From: Eremomyces bilateralis CBS 781.70 | Taxonomy: Eukaryota | Length of the DNA stretch: 64,000 nt | Direction: 5' to 3' (one strand) | Assembly: GCA_010015585.1 (NCBI GenBank) | Contig: ML975152.1 | In this document: positions 50,110-62,962 of the stretch, in pieces | Layout of the letters: the number at the start of each line of letters is the position of its first letter | How positions within the stretch are numbered: the stretch's first letter is position 1 | The notes under the pieces: model-generated | Seen by the model: the letters and a program-made list of their open reading frames with translations, nothing else | What the model was told of the DNA's origin: nothing | Database searches by the model: none | Position numbers and translations under genes: made by a program

Positions 50110-51018
50110 ATGACCTTAACCACGGCCGCCGTCACCACCGCACACACCCTCCCTCCCCCCTTCACCTCCCCCACCTCTCCTCCCCTCGACCTCCGCGTCC
50201 AAGGCGCTGAATCCCTCCTCTACAAAACCACCCTCCTCACCCCCTCCCTCCCCTGCGCCCTCAAATACCGCCCCCCCAAAGCCTACCGCCACGCGACCCT
50301 CGACCGCCGGCTCACGAAAGCGCGCCTACTCGCGGAAGCGCGGGTGCTGGTGCGGTGTCGCCGCGACGGGGTGACGGTACCGGGTGTTCTGGGGGCGGAT
50401 TGGGAGACGGGGTGGATCGCGTTGGAGTGGGTGGAGGGGAGAACGGTGAGGGAGGTGTTGGATGGGGTGTATCATGTGCGGGAGCATCGGGATGCGCAGA
50501 GTGCGGAAGAGAAGGAAGGGAAGGAAGGGATTGAGGGGATAGAAAAGCAGCTGTTGGGGCTAATGAGGAAGGTTGGCGTCGCCGTGGGGAAATTGCATTC
50601 GGTGGGAGTGTGTCATGGGGATCTTACTACCAGCAATTTGATGCTGCGGCCACGGAAGAAGAAGAGGACGACACACCCAGGTCATGATGCAGCCGAAGCG
50701 GCAGAAGCAGCCGAAGCAGATATCGCGATGGAGGCCCTCCGAGATGCCCAAGCGCAAGAACCAGAACCAGAGCAAGAGCTAGACGGCGACGTGGTGCTCA
50801 TCGACTTCGGCCTTGCCAACCAAACCGTCCAAGACGAAGACAAGGCCGTCGACCTGTACGTGCTGGAGAGGGCGTTTGGGAGCACCCATCCCCAGGCCGA
50901 ACATCTCTTCCAGGAAGTGTTGAATGCGTATGGAGAGAACTACAAGGCCGGGCAGACCGTGCTACGAAAGTTAGATCAGGTGCGGATGCGAGGGCGGAAG
51001 AAGAGCATGCTCGGATAG
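50110..51018 (+). CDS. BUD32: EKC/KEOPS complex atypical kinase
   Basis: QGAES, KYRPPKAYRH..LD, HGDLTTSNLML, LIDFGL, EDKAVDLYVLERAF, VRMRGRKKSMLG. Confidence 0.96.
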   Translation: MTLTTAAVTTAHTLPPPFTSPTSPPLDLRVQGAESLLYKTTLLTPSLPCALKYRPPKAYRHATLDRRLTKARLLAEARVLVRCRRDGVTVPGVLGADWETGWIALEWVEGRTVREVLDGVYHVREHRDAQSAEEKEGKEGIEGIEKQLLGLMRKVGVAVGKLHSVGVCHGDLTTSNLMLRPRKKKRTTHPGHDAAEAAEAAEADIAMEALRDAQAQEPEPEQELDGDVVLIDFGLANQTVQDEDKAVDLYVLERAFGSTHPQAEHLFQEVLNAYGENYKAGQTVLRKLDQVRMRGRKKSMLG

Positions 51019-51091
51019 AAGCCTGTGTCTATGATATGCGAGGATCAGGTCTATATATCCATGAAGTCATCCTAATCATCCAACGACAAGT

Positions 51092-52011
51092 CTACAACTT
51101 CGACCTCCCATCATCCAACAAACTCAATCCCGTCAACTTCTCCAGTTCCTTCACCGCCTCCCGATTCTTCCCCAACGTTACCTTCACCGTCTGCATCCCC
51201 AGCTCTCTCGCCCCCTTCAGGTTCTGCCCTATGTCATCAATAAATACCACCTCCTCCATCCTCACCTCCCCCTTCCCCTCCCCCCTCCGCACCCGATTCA
51301 TCTCCCCCACCGCATACTCATAAATCCGCGGATCCGGTTTCCGCATCCCAACATGCGCGCTCGACACGAACACCTCGAAGTTCTGCTTCATCTCTCGGAC
51401 TTTCTCCTCCGGCGACCCCGCCGGATGCGCCAGCTCCGCGCTGAACGGCACCCCGTCCGCGTCCACCACCCCCGGCGGATACGCCACCGTGTTGCTCAGC
51501 GCCGCCAGCGTGAACCGCCCGGACGCCCGCAGCTTCAGCAGCGCCGGATACATATCGCGGTCCGGGGCGCGGCTCATCTTCATCATGGTCCAGAAGAGAC
51601 GCTTCGCGTCGATGTCAGGGACGGGAGGGACGTTGGAGCGCGATGGGGCAGCGCTCTTCTCCTTTGTCGTGTGCCGGATCCAGTATTCGGCCCATAGCGC
51701 GGGGTTGGTGAGGTCGGTTTTGAAGGTCGCGAAGAAGGCGTCGTCGAGGGGGATTTGGCCGGTTTCGATAAGCGACCAGGCGCCGGTGGGGCCGGAGCGG
51801 GAGATGGCGAAGTTGACGAAGCCGGGGGGGATACTGTTGGCGAGTTCGTAGTCGAGGATAGCTTGCATTGGGGAGACGACCTGCGGATCGTCAGTTGCAA
51901 GTCTCATGGGTTTGGGGAATGCTGGGGGAGAGGGGAAGGAGGAGGAGGTCATACCAGAACTCCGCCGACGTCGAAGAGGATGCATTTCACGGGGGGCGGT
52001 TGGGGAGACAT
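51092..52011 (-). CDS. HAD-superfamily hydrolase (soluble epoxide hydrolase N-terminal / ACAD10-like)
   Basis: Motif I ILFDVGGVL|VVSP (intron ~51882-51954), ALSNT, GMRKPDPRIY, FIDDIGQNLKGA. Confidence 0.88.
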
Positions 52012-52591
52012 GGCGGCGTTTGAGGCTCGCGGTTGGAAGGAGCAGGAACCATCATGGCGGTGTTTATATCTTGTGTAGCGCCTGGTTGCGGAGGGTGGTG
52101 ATGATCGATACAGCATTAGCCGGGCTTGATTATACCGAGGAACCTTGACGACTCGACGAATAATACAGCTATGTGGCCTGAGGCAGTAAGGCGAATATCA
52201 ACCTTTGGTGCTGCTCAATCTAAGGACATGATCTCTGACCTATGTACTACCATTAGTGACTAGACTTGTGAACGGTCACACTGGATCAAACGATGAGGAT
52301 TATCCTATATAACTCCTATGCTCCTCTAGCTGCACAGGAGCACGTATTAGTAGTAGTGTGATGCTGGCCGATATACAAATGAATCATCTCCTAGAAAGCC
52401 CCGTTCGACCGCTGTCTCTCCCGTCCAACAAAAGAAATCGTCGGTCTCCTGTCCCGACGTGAACAATGATCGCAAAAACCTCGTCTCATCCAAAATCAAT
52501 ACAGTGCGGACGAGGCGGGCATCGTCACCACCCAGCTCTCCCCATCTCGCGACTTTGACCGCCCCCGTCGACCGACGTCTTCCCCATCGCT

Positions 52592-53726
52592 CTATTGGTT
52601 ATTATTTTTCGACGACCCCTTCCCCACCCCAAAATACAACCCCAGCACCAACGCCAAGATAACCACAATCAGCACGCAGATGCCCAAGCACCACCACTTC
52701 ATCTTCCGCGCCCGCCGCGCCGACCTGATTCCGGAGTCTAGCTGCTTGTTGCCGCCCTCCACGTCCGTGCGCACCTTGTCCGTCTGCTCCTCCACCTGCG
52801 CCACCGCCTGGTCCTGCACCACCACCGCCTCTGCCAGGTCTTGGAAGAGTTGGGCGAGCTCGCCGAGTGTGCGCTCGATGCGTTGGATGTCGTTGTGGCG
52901 GGCGCGGACGGCGCCCAGGACGGAGGAGGCGTGTGCTTGGCGGTTGGAGCGGAGCTAAGGGATGTTAGTATGAGCGTGAGGAAAGTGAATATATTGCAGA
53001 GGGGCTTACCGCGGTCTGGAACACGCCCTCATTCCCCCAATCCGCATCGGCGGCCTCCTGCACCTCGTCTTCCGTCGCGGTAGGGTTAACGATCCGATAC
53101 TGCCGCGCGATGGCATCCTTGTACCGCTGCCGATACGTGCTCTCCTCGCGCTGAAACTCCTCCAGCTGCTGCTTGAACTGCTGCTTCAGGTTGCGCACCT
53201 GCGAGTGCTTCGTCTTGTTGTCCCCGGACCGCACGGCGTCGGTCTCCAAGAACTTGATCTGGTCCTTGATCTGGCTGTTGAGGACCTGCGTGTTCTCGAC
53301 GACGGTGTCGATCTGCTGGCTCATGGTGCTGTCGGTGGAGGAGAGCGCGCGCTGGTGCATGGTGGCAATGTTGGAGATCTGTGTGGACAGCGTGTTGATG
53401 TCGCCTTTCGTGGCTTGTATGCGCTCGAGGAAGTCGGCGTCGCTAAGGATGTTGGGGCGCGTGGAGCCCGTCTGCCCGGGGTTGACGTCGTAGGCGGCGA
53501 GATCTGGCTGGCGTCCGGGAGCGGCAGCTTGGTTGTTACCGCTTGGGTTTGGCTGCAATCGATTAGCATGTTGATTGCGTGGTGTTTCTAATCCCGTGTC
53601 CATGTCACCCACCGAATCGCCATATGGATTTGACCCGCCGTAGCCACCGCCATAGCCTTCATTTTCTGAGCCGTACGGGTTCCCGCCGTACTGACCGTAC
53701 GACTGCTGCTGCCCTCCGTAAGACAT
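52592..53726 (-). CDS. SSO1: Plasma-membrane syntaxin t-SNARE
   Basis: Habc region (IARQYRIVNPTATEDEV..EGVFQTA), SNARE motif (ARHNDIQRIERTL..LFQDL) and C-terminal TM KWWCLGICVLIVVIL. Confidence 0.92.
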
Positions 53727-54550
53727 GGCCGCGGAAGAATGCGGTGGGAAGTTCGTGGAAAGTGTCGAGGTTGACGCAAGGACGACTCGGGACGGGGGCG
53801 CGGACGGTCAGCGACGGAAAAGGGATGGGGAGACGGGGGTGGGAACGATGCTCTGCAACCAGGTGTAATGGTGTCAATTCCTTTCTCCTATTGCCTGCTT
53901 GTTGGATGATGTTCGCGTAAATATGGTGTGGTTGGAATGGTGCGGGTGTTATGGGATGATGGCGATGGGATGTAATCTTAACCGTCAGTCAGCTCCAGCA
54001 GCAGTAAGAGTTTAAGTGGTGACTTGGGGGTTGACGAGAGATTGGAGTGTCAGCCACAGCTCCACAGCTAAACACGCATCAGCCACAGAAAAACATAGCA
54101 CCAGTGTGGCGTAATCTCGGAATTAATTCTGCAAGGCAATGAGGCAATAATCGCACTTGGGCCTCGACCCCATCGCTTGAGCTTCGCCATCCAACAACAC
54201 GTACGTATACCTACGCGTGTACCTAATTATAGGTAACTATTACGTGCATATCACAAAGGTATTGAGTCTTCATGCGTGGATTGGTATCTGTCTATGAACA
54301 CCTGCTTTTGTATCATCCGCTAGTTCCCGTGTCTGTGTTCATTTTTTTGGCCCAATCGATCCTACGTACCACACCCATTAGCATGCATGATCCAACGCTC
54401 ACCTCACCAACCGAGCATGCACAGTAGTCAGTAAGCAAAGAAGCCGACGGAGTGGCAAGGATCAAAGGCTCCTTTCGCATAAAATACCGCTTCATCCCGC
54501 ATCCGTGATATTCCTAACCCTTTTTGGGACCAAACGCCAATGCCCCCCGT

Positions 54551-57500
54551 TCATCCTCCCCCGTTCGCACTCTCCGCCAACAACACCATCGCCTGCTGCA
54601 GCTCCTGCACTACCCGCTCCTCCAACCGATTCTCACTCCCATTCTCCCCCTTTATTGCCGCCATCTTCGCCAGCCCCACGTCCCCCTCGCTCGCCGGCAC
54701 GATTCGCTGCCGCAAATACGCCCGGCTCGCCAGCCACGACTCCACGTCGTCGCGCACCGTCGCCCGGTCCCAGTCCAGCGCAGGGATGTCCGCCGCCACG
54801 ACGCCCTGCACGAGGCCGGCGGAGCGGCAGCGGTCGAGGAGCGCGGCGAGGAGTGCGAGCGAGTGCGTTTCCGAGGCTAGGTTGAGGGTCATGGTCCCGG
54901 GTCGCGTCTTGAGGATGCGGGATTGCTTGCTGTCGATGGTGGTGACGTTGCGGGCGAGTTGCCCGCGGAACTGGTTGAGGAAGGTGGCGAGCTCGGCGGC
55001 GATGGGGGGGCCGACGGAGTCCAGCAGGTTGAGACACAGCGGGAGGATGCCGCGGGTCCAGATCGAGTGGAGGCGGACTGGTTCGTCGAAGGGGCCCATG
55101 CCGTGCTCTAGGCGGAAGTACTTGGCCAGGTTAGAGTTGCTGATATTGGCGAGCACGCCTTCCACGGCCATGGACTCGGCGACCAGCGGCACGCTGGAGA
55201 GCTCCAGGAGGAAGAGCACGCTGAGCTCTCCGTAGATCGGGTCGCCGTTGATGACCAGCTTGTCAGACCAGGAGAAGAGCGTCGTGGCGCACCGGATCGC
55301 GCTCGCCGTGCTCACGAGGAGGGAGATCTGCGAATGCGATCGGCCCATCCCCGGCACGCGGAGCGAGAATTGGAAGATGGCGGTGAGGAGCACGAGGTCG
55401 CTCGGGTCGCATGATTGCGCGTCGTTGTGGACTTGTTTGACGAACGACTTCACCCCTCGGAGGACCACCTTGTCCATGATCTCAAGGGCCGTCGGGATCT
55501 GCGCTGTCCGCCTCTGGACTACTTGATTCCAGTCACCATCCGACATCCCGTCAGGCCGTGGCTGGGTAAGTAGCCGGAAGTTGGCTTGGATGGCAAGGAA
55601 CAGGATCTTCAACGTCATCCGGACTTCGTCGACGTTGGAACCGGAGAAAGCGTTATCGAAGTCGTTGCAGGTATCTCGGAACGCGTTCCATGCCGCATCG
55701 AACAGCTCTTGCGTTTCCTGGTCCGACAACCCCGCGGCGACTAATCGTTGAACCACGATGAAGGACAGCTCCAAACGACTTTGAATGACCCGACCGGCGA
55801 GCTCAGGGGGTGAATTGTCGGATTTGTTCGCCTCCAAGCTCGACACCACCGCCGTCGTCAGTTGCCTAGCGGCACGCTCGTTCGGGGTAATGCTGCGACT
55901 CAGCTCGATTGCCAGCAGCTTCCACGCGCGAAGGAGCTGGACCTGGGACTCCACCAACGACAAATTCGCGTTGGCGCGCAACACCTCCGCTTTCAACCCA
56001 TTCCCATTGCGGCCCTCCCACGCCTTCTCGTACCGGAGCAATTTCGCCGCGAACGGGATGTCGTAGAAATAGTTCCATCCCAGCTCCGCCCGGTACAGCA
56101 AGGTGCGTTTGAAATTCTGCAGGCTAGCGGGTCGGAAGACCATGTTGAAGTTGCGGTTCAGATTGGCGTGCAGCGATCGATTATACGCGATCGGCGACGC
56201 GCCGGCGCCCACCTGCGCGCGGACAACCTCGGACATGCCGGGGACCGGTCCAGTTAAGTACTCGACAACGCTGGGACGATCCGCGGAGGGCTGCGTCAGG
56301 CGGGCGACCAAATCGGCGCGTTTTTGCCGCGGTTCGCTGTGCAGATGCAACGCCAGGATCTCCACCGCCACCGAGATGAAACTCCACTGTTGCGCGGTGG
56401 TGACCACGACTTCGGGGGTGTTTAGCGACGAGGGTCGCGGCATGGGCTGGAGATGACGAATCAGCGCGTTGACGCAGTCTCGGTGGGCTGTGAAGGTGTC
56501 CATGGTCCACGCGTAGTGGGAGAACGCATCGCGGAGAAACGTAAGCATAGGAAAACCCCGGTGAATCGGCATCTCGTCGGCTTTCAACGCCTCCGCGGCG
56601 TGGCGGAGGACGTTGTTCCCTAGCGAGGCCTGCTGCCCTCCGCGAGACGCGTTCGCGCGCATATCGCGCGGTGACTTGCCCGTCAGGATCGCGATCGCGA
56701 ACCACTGTTGCCGGGAGCTGACGACGGCCGAGAGGAGTTGCCATATGGCCTCTTCGATCGCAGGGTCCTCAAGTGGTCGGTTGAGCTGGAGCAGGGCCGC
56801 CAAGAACGACGTTGCGGTTTCCGAGCCCATTTGGCCTAAGAGGGACGCCGGTTCCTCGCTCGACTTGTCACTGCTGCGGATCATGGCTTCCAGAAGACAC
56901 GCGGTGGAGTACTTGTGGGCGTCGCCGCCGGCAAAGAGACGCGCCAGAACGGGCGCCACTTTGAAGAGCTGCTGTTCCAGGAGGCTGGTCGGCATGTTCA
57001 GCAGGATTCCAGCTCGTAGCAAAATGGTGGAAAACTTGATCGCCGATTCCGTTTGTTTCGTCCATGGCTTCAAGGCCGTGACATCGGGGGTTTGCGACGG
57101 GACCATGCAGCCGTATGTCAGTGATTCCAACAACGGTCTCGTGAATCCACTGCTGTCGGAAGGGGCTAGGAAGATTTCAAGTAGATACTCGGCACTCCCC
57201 GCTAATGTTCCCGCTAACCGTTCTTTCGGGGCGGTTGCCTCATCGCAGTCATAGACATAGACCACGATGCGCTCGAACAGGGAAGTCAGCCGAGAGCCGA
57301 TCTCCAACCTCTCATTCACATCTTGAAAGTTCCAGCTCCCAAAGGCCGAATAAACGCCAGCCAGCAACTTCACAGCCAGGGCGATCAAGTCTGAGATCAT
57401 CTTTTGCGTGCTCATGGACGTCGTCACGTTGGGTGTACCGAACCGGACCACCGCCTTCGACGCCGCGTTTCGACTGACGGATCGGATCACCGCATCCTCC

Positions 57501-60234
57501 ACGAGCTCCTCAAACAACCGAATGCACGCAAGGAGGAAGCCAAACTGTCCCGTGACCAGTTCCGTGGAGGTGACGATGGCGATGATGGCCCCGCCGCTGC
57601 CATCCGACCGGACGAAGCGGCTGCGCGAAAGCGGACCCCACACCCGTTCCGGAGAAACCGCCGTCACGATCGTGATGAACCGCAGACAGCTGATCAGAAG
57701 GTCGAGGGACCCGTCGAGGCCAGGTTGCTCGCACTCGCGTTGAAGTTGTTGCTCGAAGATGGCGAAAACGACAGAAATCAAGTCCCGCTGGTCGGAGAGG
57801 AGTGAGCGGCACTCGCCAAGAATGAGAAGCGCCTCCGTTTTCGGATCCACGTCTTCTTGGTTGTGGATATGCGGCATACGGAAACAGGCGTCCAAGAGGA
57901 TAGTGATTGTCGATATTATGTCGGCAGCGGTGTCGAGCTGTAATTCGTGGTCGGCAAATGTCGGTCGTTCGTTGCAGTTTCCGAGCAACGTGCTGAGGTA
58001 GCTGGTGAGCAACTCGAAAGCCGAGCATGAGTACTCCCAGCTCGTGATATGAGGCGGCTTGCTCGTGAGAAGCGCGCCAACGGTTCCAGCATTCATGATG
58101 AAAGGCGTGCCACTTGCCCCGTTTTGGTTCGAATGTAGAAGAGTGCGTCTGACTTCCGTGAAAAGAGGTAGGTCGTAGAGAAGTCTCATGCCGTTCACTC
58201 CGTCTCGTAATGGGATGATTTCGTATCCAGCAAAGTTGGCTGGCAATCGGCAGGTGAAAGAATGGAGCTGTGAGAGGATCCCCCGAACCCAGAGTGCGCC
58301 TGGTGGATCGTTGTCCGGACACGGAGTTACAGCCAGAGCTTGGCAGAGCTTCAGAAGCGGAGAAACTTCCAGGGGAAATCGCAGGACGGCTTGGTCGAAA
58401 ATCGCACGCATGAAGCCTCGTTGATCTTCTAAGAACTCGGTGATGATCTTGAAATCCGAGGCGTCCTTGACCCGATTGGCTTCACGGGCGTCGAGCGGAA
58501 TCTCTCTAGTGAGTAAGCTGACCAAACTGTGGACTGGCTTATCAGAGGAAAGGATCGATAAAGTTGCTCCCAGTAAATCGGCCGAGTACTGTACGTAGGT
58601 AAGGCTATCTCTCACGAGAGATAGAAGACTCCTGCGAAGGGCAAGTCGGGTTGCCGTACCGCTACTCTGGGGGACCATGACATCTAAGCCATCCGCGATA
58701 CCGGAAATGACATTCAGTATTTGGAACTGGTCGATGGAGGCGACGAGCAAGAGCGCAATTTGATCATCCTCTTCCGCATCGTCCCTCGGGTTTTGCACTG
58801 TGGAGAGCAGTTCGGCGACGGTCTCGTAGAATCCTTGGCCTGGGTCGGCGGTATCTAACGGCTGACTGGGACTCTGCTGTAGTCCTTGCTCTTGTGCTTC
58901 GGCGGCGGCGTCCTTGACTAAGAGCCCAATGAGGCTCCAGGCATAGATTGCCGGTATCGCAGGCTGCAAACCCGCATTCGAAGCGTTTACAATGACTCGA
59001 TGGACGCTCTCCATGCATGTCGCGCTGGCAATGAAGCGTGTCTGGTCCTTATTGATGATTTCCGAGGACCGATCTCTCGCATGCTCCACCAAATATGGTC
59101 GGATGCCCTCCCCCCAAATCATTAGCACCGATGTACTTGACACCAGCAATTGAAGTTGATAGACAAGGCTGGCTGTCGACTCGAAAGGACCGCGGAAATG
59201 TGCGCCATCGAAGAAAGATGCCGATCCGAGGAAATCAAACCACGTCTCCACCATGGTGATGGAGCAAATGTCCCGCCAGGCAATAAGATGGACTAAGAGG
59301 ATTTGCATAATGGCAACCATCTCGGAAAGTTGAAGCCAGGCCCAGGTTTCCGCAAGTTCGACCGCGCCGTTCTCAACCCAACGTTTCAACCACCCTTGCC
59401 CAGCATCCAAATTATGGTGTCGAACTTCGAGCCATGTCTTGCAAGTAGCAGTGAACCGCGACATCCTGACATGCGTGAATCCTTCTTCGTGTAAATTTCC
59501 CAAAAGTCGTTGGCCCAGGGTGGCAATCCACTCGTCGGTGCCAGTCGCGGATTTTGGGTCTCTGTAACCGAAAAAGTCCCGTTGTAATGGAATCGTTGAG
59601 ACTCCATAGTGGAGGAGGAACTCCGTCACCTTGGTCAGATGGGCTCGCTCGGTCATATACAGCCGTAGAAGGTTGACTTTCCGCCGCTCCTTGGATATGG
59701 ACTCGTTGTTCTGCTCTTCTTGAGAAATCAACGAGGAAGCCGAATTGATCGCGCCGATCGCATTCTGTATTCCCAGCACCTCCTCTTCGGTGAATCCGCA
59801 GAGAAGTTTTGATTGTGGACGACCCTGCCATTCCAGGATAACTAGGCGCAGAGCAGCGAGTTCGTCTATCTTGAGTTCTTCCGATAGCCAGATGGCATCC
59901 TCTTTGATCTCTTCAATGTTGTAGAGAGCGTTATCTCCCGGGGTGACGTTAACCGCGGAGGTTTTGGTGTCGAAAGGTCCTCTCTCCATGCGCATCGTCG
60001 GTTCGAAGGCATGACGGAGGAGACCATATGTGACGGGATCATTGAGGAAGCTCTGTACCGGAGTATCCTCAAGGGGGTTGCCCGAGCAAGTCAACGCCCA
60101 GTAGACGGATTTCCATGACCTGAACTCGTTAACAATGTTCTGCGACCCTCCCAGAGCACTTACAAAAGTTGAGCTCCTCCAGTAAGACATTTGTTCAGCG
60201 GAGGGAAATACACCTCCACATTTTCAGGTTCCAT
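54551..60234 (-). CDS. NUP188: Nucleoporin Nup188/Nup184
   Basis: Likely start MEPENVEVYFPPLNKCLTG..LL|SWK (intron ~60120-60163); ~1890 aa helical protein with FDTKTSAVNV, EIKEDAIWLS, RLVILEWQ.RP, RANANLSLVESQ, GDPIYGELS. Confidence 0.9.
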
Positions 60235-60293
60235 AGCGCAAGGAAAGGCGCTTGAGGATTGTGATTACCGTTCCATGAATTTTGTTCGTGGAA

Positions 60294-60320
60294 TGAATAA
60301 TCTGGGAGAATAATCTGGGA
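60294..60320. repeat. 13-bp direct duplication in the NUP188/trpC divergent promoter
   Basis: gaataatctggga occurs twice in tandem. Confidence 0.8.
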
Positions 60321-60626
60321 GGGCTTTATGGCAATATAGTTGCTTGTTCTGTATCAACTATCATTCAAGCTTGACGCGACTCCAGATTGATCGCTGCTTT
60401 CACTTCGCGACTGCGGTCCGGCCGACGACGCGAGCCAGAATCGCTGTTTCATCTTTGGCCGCTGCGGCGCGCTGGGAAATATTGCCGCTCAGTCAGCATG
60501 ACTGATCATCGTCCTTTGATGATTCCGGATGGAAGAGTTCGCTTTAACTTCCTTCAATTAAGAAACTTCTCCAATTTGACCCCTTTTATTTGATTGAATT
60601 TTGGCATTGTACAGATACTCGTCAAT

Positions 60627-62962
60627 ATGGCTGAGGCTAAACTCGTGGACTTCTCTCCTCATCAACCAGATGCTGTCTCCCCACTGCCGACTGCGAGCAA
60701 CCTCGTGCTTATTGACAACTACGATTCATTCACCTGGAACGTGTACCAATACCTTATCCTCGAAGGTGCCACGGTTACGGTGTTCAGAAATGATCAAATC
60801 ACGTTGCAGCAGTTGATAGAGAAGAAGCCGACGCAACTCGTCATCAGTCCAGGTCCTGGCCACCCGGATCACGATGCCGGAATCAGCAAAGAGGCGATAT
60901 TACATTTCAGCGGCAAAATCCCCGTCCTGGGCGTCTGTATGGGAGAGTAAGTCAACTTTAAACTGTACGGCTATCTGTGGTGTTAATGCTAGGTAGACAA
61001 TGCATGTACTCGGCTTTTGGTGGGACGGTGGACGTAACAGGGGAGATATTGCACGGCAAAACATCTCAACTATTTCACGATGGCAAAGGAGTATACGCCA
61101 ATGTCCCTCAGGATATCCCTGTAACCCGATACCATTCGCTTGCTGGAACTCATCCGACTCTTCCATCCTGTTTGGAGGTCACCTCGTGGACGGCTCTTCC
61201 AGATGGCAACAAGCATGTCATCATGGGCATTCGACACAAAGAATATGTTGTCGAAGGAGTCCAGTTTCATCCCGAAAGTATTCTGACCGCCGAAGGTCGA
61301 ACGATGCTGAAGAACTTTCTGAAAATGCAAGGAGGAACTTGGGCGGAGAATGAAGCGTTCATCAAGACCACCACGCCAGTCAAGGCGAATGAGATCTCGC
61401 GTGATAAAACCACTTCGATCCTCGAAAAAATCTACGCCCGTCGAAAAGAGCTGGTCGCGGCGCAGAAGCTAGTCCCTACGCTAAGCCCGGAGAACTTACA
61501 GGCGGCGTATGAACTTGGACTGGCTCCTCCCCTGATGCCGTTCCGGGAACGACTCAGCCGCACGCCGTTCCAGTTGTCATTGATGGCCGAGATCAAGCGC
61601 GCATCGCCTTCGAAAGGCATCATCGCCGCAGCTGCGTGCGCTCCTGCGCAAGCCAGGCAATATGCACAGTCCGGAGCAAGCGTCATCTCCGTCCTCACCG
61701 AGCCTGACTGGTTTAAGGGCACGATCGACGATCTCAAAGCTGTCCGGCAAGCTGTGGACGGTATGGCGGACCGGCCGGCCATCCTACGCAAAGAGTTTAT
61801 CTTCGAGGAGTATCAGATTTTGGAGGCGAGGCTCGCTGGTGCGGACACTGTCCTCCTCATCGTAAAAATGCTCGACGAAGAGACGTTGACGCGATTGTAT
61901 CGATATTCGCAGTCTCTAGGCATGGAGCCATTGGTGGAAGTCCAGAATGTGGATGAGACCCGCATCGCTGTGGATTTGGGCGCCCAGGTTATTGGCGTCA
62001 ACAACCGGAACCTTACCAACTTTGAGGTCGATCTAGAAACCACCAGTAGACTCATGGATATGGTCCCCAAAGAGACTATTGTGTGTGCCCTGAGCGGCAT
62101 TTCTGGTCCCCAAGATGTCGAGCCCTATCAAAAGAGCGGTGTCGGCGCGGTACTTGTGGGCGAAGCCTTGATGCGGGCGACGGACCTCCCGAAATTTGTT
62201 TCCACCCTTCTCGGGGGTGGACAGAGCGTGAGCAAGACACCAGTCAAGAATGCGCCACTTGTGAAGATATGCGGCACACGGACTCCGGAGGCTGCAAAAG
62301 CCGCTATTGAAGCAGGGGCCGACTTGATTGGAATGATCCTTGTCTCAGGAAGAAGTCGGTGCGTCTCTCGAGACACTGCGTTGGCGATCTCAAAAGTGGT
62401 GCATTCAACACCAAAAAGAAATGGACCGACAAGGAAATCCAGTTCATTGGCAGGTCCATCTGATTTCTTCGAGCTCACTTCCTCATACCACCTGTCGTCC
62501 ACCACACGCAGCCTTCTTGTCGGAGTCTTCCAGAACCAACCGCTCGAGTACATCCTGCAACAACAAACAGAACTTGGCCTGGATATTGTCCAGCTTCATG
62601 GCGCCGAGCCGGTCGAGTGGGCGCGATTGATCCCCGTTCCCGTCATCCGCAGCTTTAAGCCGGAGGAGATCGAAGCTGGCGTGCGAGGATATCACTCCAT
62701 TGCCTTGTTTGACGCCGGGGCCGGCGGCTCGGGCAAATCAGTGGACCTGTCATCGGTTGTCAGCAGACTCAAGGCCGACCCGAACTTGAAGGTCCTCTTG
62801 GCGGGTGGACTGAATCCGGCATCGGTACAAGATGTTCTTCGGCAACTTTCCAGCGTTCGGAGCCAGGTTGTTGGGGTTGATGTTAGTAGCGGTGTCGAAG
62901 AAGATGGGGTTCAGAGCATAGAAAAGATCCAGGCTTTTGTGAAGGCAGCTAAAAGTGATTAG
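60627..62962 (+). CDS. trpC: Trifunctional tryptophan biosynthesis protein (GATase, IGPS, PRAI)
   Basis: [73 protein letters not shown]; intron 60947-60996. Confidence 0.97.

Noticed and set aside
47251..51018. MAF1 and BUD32 (plus NFS1) as a tRNA-related cluster
   Set aside because: Common housekeeping genes; nothing in the sequence indicates more than chance adjacency
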